In this document: one piece after another, positions 61,271 to 64,000 of the stretch
Position numbering within the stretch: position 1 is the first letter of the stretch
Layout of the letters: each line of letters begins with the position of its first letter
Source of the DNA: the human T2T-CHM13v2.0 reference genome, Homo sapiens
NCBI RefSeq assembly: GCF_009914755.1
Contig: NC_060932.1
Reading direction: 5' to 3' (one strand)
Length of the DNA stretch: 64,000 nucleotides
Made by a program: the position numbers and the translations under genes
Notes under the pieces: generated by a model
What the model was told of the DNA's origin: nothing
What the model saw: only the letters and a program-made list of their open reading frames with translations
Database searches by the model: none

Positions 61271-61684
61271 CTCCCCAGAAATGCCCTTTCTTTGCAAAGA
61301 AAGAAATATTTCTATTTTAAAAATTTTAAAATACTATTTCTTACAGATAGATGCTTCTCATAGATGACTGGGTAATCCAAGGCTCATTATTCATTGTGTT
61401 GTTTTGTGATGCTTTTGATTATATATTTAGCCATTAAAATATATAAAAACACCTCATATCAAGAATAAAGTTAATTTAAAGGAATATTTGAAGAATTGGC
61501 TTAAGAATAATGAAATTTGACTATAACACTCTTGATAAACAGACGCATATATCTTGAAACTCAGGCATGAAGACTTGGTTACTAAAGAACAAAAAAGATT
61601 ATGATAACTGGATTCTCAAAGACATCTTTTGTTACAAACCTCAAAGACAGCATAGCAATAAGGCTGCAGGGTAGGTTAATTTAA

Positions 61685-62129
<445 letters not shown>

Positions 62130-62404
62130 TGAATCTCTAGAAATAATAGACGTGGATTACCACACAGTATCATTTTCTTAAGTGATTAGAGTATATTTCA
62201 GTGTAAATAGAATATATTTACCTATTTATTTAGTACTGTGTAGCCTCATAATTCTTCACTATTAAAAAAAGTTTTGAACTAAATATGCTATATTTTAAGG
62301 AGTTTACTTATGTTGTTTCTCTTTCTTGTTATTGTTTCCCTCTCTTATGATTTAAAGAAAATAATAGAAATCTGATAATTTTTATTATCTTTATTTTCTA
62401 TATT

Positions 62405-62536
62405 GGGAGACAGTTTATGCTGTGGTTAAGAGTGCAAACTCTGAAGCCAGGCTGCCTGTTTTTGAGTCCCACTTCTGTCTTTACTATTGTGAGGCTTTGA
62501 GAAAGTCATTTAAATTCAGTGGGTCTCAGTTTCCTC
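62405..62536 (+). mobile_element. MIR SINE 5' half
   Basis: GTGGTTAAGAGTGCAAACTCTGAAGCCAGGCTGCCTG...GTCTCAGTTTCCTC. Confidence 0.8.
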
Positions 62537-64000
62537 TGTTAGTTTATGTAACTAACAAAGTTAGTTACACAAACTAATATTGCTTTATTTTATATTATTG
62601 TTATAGCTGAAGTCAGCTTCCAAGGTCATCTAGTCTTATAATTAACCATCAGTAGAGAGACAAGGAAACTAGTTTCAAGTATTTTCATGAACTTAGATTC
62701 AGTCAGTCAATAGGTCCATTAGAACTGAAATATATCACCTCATTCTTAGATAAGATCTTTTTCATTTACTCAGCATAGGTTGATAATTAATGATTTTCAA
62801 CCTATCTGAGTACTAGGTTCTCAGTAGGTTTGGGGTCTTCTTCAATTGCCCATACTTTCATGAGTATTTAAATCCTTCTGTATAAAGTATCCTTCTTCCC
62901 AAAATGGTTTTGGTTGTTTCACACTCACCCCTCAGGATTCAGCTTTCTCTATGACTACTTATTTGGAAAGCTTCCTTGAGCAAACTTTCAGTCCCCACCT
63001 GTTCCAAAACAAGTTTATATCTTCTCTCAATCCCTTTCTCAGAACCTTGTGTTTAGCCACATTATCCCAGTGGATGTATTTGCTGAATTTCTTATAGGTC
63101 TCCCCAAGTTTATTATTAGCTCCTTGGGGCAGAAATTCCATCTTCCATAGGAGATTATCAGTCATTTAAAAATATATACTATTTGCTGGGCTAGGAGTTG
63201 AAGCTAGAATGACCCCTGACCACAGTTTCTCTAACCACACCTTTATTTCTGGGTCCTTACTTCTCTACTTGCTCACTAAAAGTGATAAGGTTACTGCACA
63301 CACAGGCAGAAAGAAATTTTGTCTTCATTTTTTTAATATTTGAGCCAGATCCTTGACTAGTGTATAGCAGAGTAAACTCCAGGTCTGCATGGTTAGTCCA
63401 AGATGTATTTAATGATTTTTTTGCTCATGATCATAGTGTTTTCACATTATTAACTTCCCAAAGTATTTCCCATGAAAGATTATGAGATATCTTGTGAAAC
63501 AAAAATAGTATCTGACAAGACTAGTGATAGGTTCATTTTTAAAAAAGGGTCCTATCTTTAAATATGATCAGAAAATGCTCTATGACATTGTCCCTTCTTA
63601 GACATCACAACGTACTGTTGCATAGGAGAAGATCAGATCCATGAAGATCTGTAGTACAACAAACAAGCAAAATTGTTGACATTGCATGTTTAATCTAGAT
63701 TTGACTTAAATTCTTTGACCATGGATTCTCAGATGCTGGGTCTCATGGCACTTGCGGTCTTTAGTTCACATCATTTCTTCACCAAAGCCACAACTGAAAC
63801 AGGCTGGCAACTGCCAGAATATACATAGAAGACAATCACCTAATCATCTGATGAATAGGTCCTTGTTTTATTGAGGGTTTTTTTTTTAGGTTCTTTTTTC
63901 TCAATTTGTCCTCTAACTTCCAATGACATGGGACATCATTTTAATTGATCCTCAAAATTCTTAAAGAATACTTTTTACACAAGTGGCACCAAGGAAATAT

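Overview
Primate (human-like) AT-rich, CpG-depleted intergenic or deep-intronic DNA. I find no supportable protein-coding gene, RNA gene, CpG island or prokaryotic system, and the short ORFs in the track are chance or repeat-derived. The window is dominated by interspersed repeats recognised by eye from remembered consensus sequences, so family calls are solid but subfamily names are tentative. They include L1 (a near-full-length ancient L1MC, plus L1MA/L1PA 3' ends), L2, MIR, two Alus and a FLAM, MaLR elements (a full-length THE1, a solo THE1 LTR, several MLT1), ERV1/ERVL solo LTRs (LTR8, LTR27-like, MER50/87-like, MLT2, LTR33-like) and DNA transposons (MER82, MER33, MER45, MER94, MER107). 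The most interesting signals are structural: a four-layer nested insertion with readable target-site duplications (TSDs) at 9.6-13.3 kb; a 48-bp-arm hairpin in otherwise unique sequence at 41.8 kb; a probable L1 3' transduction at 60.8-61.2 kb; a probable L1-retroposed LTR-terminated transcript fragment at 37.8-38.1 kb; a perfect 124-bp tandem duplication at 50.4 kb; and an inverted templated insertion with a fold-back junction at 57.1/57.6 kb. I do not see evidence for a novel multi-gene biological system.
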